Virus record (IMG/VR): IMGVR_UViG_3300017755_003154
Coordinates: 1-64,000 of that record
Source of the DNA: a virus
Reading direction: 5' to 3' (one strand)
DNA: 64,000 nucleotides
The position numbers and the translations under genes were made by a program. This document shows positions 62,020 through 64,000 of this stretch, piece by piece. Below the pieces are notes generated by a model. It was given only the letters and a program-made list of their open reading frames with translations. It searched no databases and was not told where the DNA came from. Position 1 is the first letter of the stretch. Every line of letters begins with the position of its first letter.

Positions 62020-62786
62020 TATGTTGTTGAATCCGTTCCTGCTGTTGCTGGTGCTGTACCATCGATAGCAATATCTGCGTTTGACGGTAAACTCCAATTT
62101 CTTTTTATACTTTTTACATATTGACTATTGCTGTTAAATTTATAATTAGAAACTTTAGCATTATTACCTTGGTTTCCGCCTAATACTTTAATAACTCCAT
62201 TTGATGTAATTTCTTGTACGAAACCAATATGGCCTCCTGAACGTTTTTTTGATTTAAAAATTATAACGTCCCATTTCCTAATATTTGCTGTATCTCTCCA
62301 GTCAACTTCACTTCCCCAATTATACCAACCTTGACTGCTCATTGTTTGAAGCGTAGGAATACCTGCTGTATATAATGACCAACTCACAAAAGCCGCACAC
62401 CAAGCATATGCCATAGAACTACTATCTCTTGTATAACTGTTGCCACATACTTTATAACATTCTAATATTCTTGGATTACCTTCTTTACCGCGTTCTCTCC
62501 AATCCTGAGTTAGTACGTTTGTTAAAACTGCATCTAGTTTTTCCCAGCCCGGACCTTCTGGTAGTGGACCAGGTGTAATATTTGGATCTAATGGAGGCAA
62601 ATTAGATGTATTTACATATCCTCCATTACCTGCTTGTTGTCCTGGACCTGATCTTGGATAGTCACCTTCTAAATCAAATTGTCCATCTGGAAATCTATTT
62701 GATTCTATTGTTTCATTCCAATCTGTATTGTCTGCAATTTCTGCTGGATTAACTGTAGGTGTAAGTGGAATAATTATCTGTCCCAT
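62019..62786 (-). CDS. TIGR02594-like / CHAP-NlpC/P60-type cell-wall hydrolase
   Basis: NPRILECY, AWCAAFV, GHIGFV, LGGNQ; Pro/Gly-rich N-terminal extension. Confidence 0.8.
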   Translation of the reverse strand: MGQIIIPLTPTVNPAEIADNTDWNETIESNRFPDGQFDLEGDYPRSGPGQQAGNGGYVNTSNLPPLDPNITPGPLPEGPGWEKLDAVLTNVLTQDWRERGKEGNPRILECYKVCGNSYTRDSSSMAYAWCAAFVSWSLYTAGIPTLQTMSSQGWYNWGSEVDWRDTANIRKWDVIIFKSKKRSGGHIGFVQEITSNGVIKVLGGNQGNNAKVSNYKFNSNSQYVKSIKRNWSLPSNADIAIDGTAPATAGTDSTT

Positions 62787-64000
62787 TATACTACTCCTGA
62801 ATTCCTTGGATCATTTTGATCAATACCTGCTACAATATTTCTTTTGTTCGGATCTCTAATCCAGTCTGGATCATACTTTCCGTTTGTTAAAAGTTTTGCT
62901 TGTAAATAACCTTGGTCTTTAGGATATCCTAATTCATATCCTCTTTCAGTTCCTGCAATAGCATATCTAAAATTACCAAGAGTTCCTCTACCAAAATCTT
63001 TATAACGTTCTTTTAAATATGCCGCTGTAACAGCAACCGATTTAGCAACATCAGTAATTAAAATAGTAGGATCATCTACAATTTCTACACCGAATGGATT
63101 TATTGCTTCATCAACTAATTCTTCTTTTATTAGTCCTGCCGCTTTACCATATCGTTGATAGTTTGCTTTACCTGTCAACTGGATTAATCCGCGACCGATG
63201 TACTTACCTCCGTCACCTGCTCTTGTGTTACCCATGCCTGGTCCAATTTTACTTGTGTAACCATAAACAAGTTCAAAGAACGTTGCTTTATCTTTTTTAA
63301 TTTCTGTAAGTTCTCCATCACTAACTGTTCTTGCATTACTAAAGATTGAACGTATGCGCTCATTGCTAGTACCGCTGTAACTTCTTTCAGTTGTTAATTT
63401 TAATCCGGATTCTGTTTCTGCTGTTGCAATAGCCGAATAAACTTGTTCTTCTGTAAATCCTTCAGCAAATAATGCTTTTGCAAATAATCTTGATATTTCT
63501 TGTTTGCTAACTTTTACTGGCTCAGGATCTGGTTGAATAGTCGCCGCCGCTATAGGATCAAATCTTGCACTACCTTCTGGAGCCCCGCTTGTATTATATG
63601 CATTAGGCTGACTACCACTACCTATTACATAACCGCCTGGTGTTCTATTAAATGTATCAGGAGTACTAGGTGGATATGTTTCTGGAGGATCAACCCCTGC
63701 TCTAGTTAAGTCTGGTGTGTATTTCAATGGATCATAATGTTCATGCTCAAACCACGGTTCGTGTTGTGGAACACGACTTGCTTTAAGTGCAATTTCTGGT
63801 GGTGTAGGATCTACAATAAAAGGTGCTGGAGGTATAACTGCCGCCCTTGGATCGTCTGGTACTAACGGTACAATTTGTTGGATATCGATATCGTTACCAT
63901 CTGAGTACATTAACATGTTTGTTCCAGCATGTGTTGAAAGTTGATTATCTGTTCTAATTTTAAGATTAGCAACACTTTTAATATCTAGTGTGTTGCCTGA
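62786..64000 (-). CDS. gp5-like baseplate hub/spike protein with C-terminal GH19 (lysozyme/chitinase-like) domain, 5' partial
   Basis: Frame is open to the window edge (SGNTLDIKSVANLKIRTDNQLSTHAGTNMLMYS, 8-residue beta-helix-like period); RVPQHEPW; ETESG..GDG.KYIGRGLIQLTGKANY. Confidence 0.75.
   Translation of the reverse strand, partial: SGNTLDIKSVANLKIRTDNQLSTHAGTNMLMYSDGNDIDIQQIVPLVPDDPRAAVIPPAPFIVDPTPPEIALKASRVPQHEPWFEHEHYDPLKYTPDLTRAGVDPPETYPPSTPDTFNRTPGGYVIGSGSQPNAYNTSGAPEGSARFDPIAAATIQPDPEPVKVSKQEISRLFAKALFAEGFTEEQVYSAIATAETESGLKLTTERSYSGTSNERIRSIFSNARTVSDGELTEIKKDKATFFELVYGYTSKIGPGMGNTRAGDGGKYIGRGLIQLTGKANYQRYGKAAGLIKEELVDEAINPFGVEIVDDPTILITDVAKSVAVTAAYLKERYKDFGRGTLGNFRYAIAGTERGYELGYPKDQGYLQAKLLTNGKYDPDWIRDPNKRNIVAGIDQNDPRNSGVV

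Noticed and set aside
565-63709. Many short ORFs antisense to or nested within long genes (e.g. 10595..11158, 30646..31182, 38819..39322, 40852..41325)
   Set aside because: They are shadows of well-supported genes, with no recognisable motifs.
57628-64000. Bacterial T6SS or extracellular contractile injection system
   Set aside because: T4-like gp6/gp25, multiple fibres, late-promoter motifs, and no Tss membrane complex or host housekeeping genes indicate a phage.
1-64000. tRNA, rRNA, integrase, transposase, intron or intein
   Set aside because: Intergenic gaps are about 100 bp or less and no diagnostic motifs were recognised by eye; a covariance-model or HMM scan would be needed to exclude them formally.

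Overview
AT-rich, almost fully coding segment of a large tailed (myovirus-like) phage genome, standard genetic code. All product calls come from motifs read by eye, not from database searches. (1) 1-4996, + strand: probable end of an upstream gene, a UUCG terminator, a sigma70-type promoter, a HExxH/vWA protein, four small hypotheticals and a tail-fibre-like protein. (2) 4997-34844, - strand: about 30 kb of 31 mostly overlapping genes behind a near-consensus sigma70 promoter (TTGACT-17-TATAAT). It holds 13 radical SAM enzymes in three architectures, about 7 Fe(II)/2OG-type oxygenases, a His-box desaturase, nitroreductase-like, GNAT-like and polysaccharide-lyase-like proteins, two QueC-like PP-loop domains, two GT-A glycosyltransferases and a GT-GT-repeat-methyltransferase-like fusion. 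(3) 34897-64000, - strand: tail fibre/baseplate module (gp5-like spike with GH19 domain, TIGR02594-like hydrolase, PAAR, gp25, gp6, a 4940-aa protein, five fibre-like genes), with T4-late-like ATAAATA motifs upstream of several genes. The enzyme operon between fibre genes is the best candidate for an undescribed biosynthetic or modification system; its substrate cannot be determined from sequence alone. No tRNA, rRNA, CRISPR array or mobile element was recognised.
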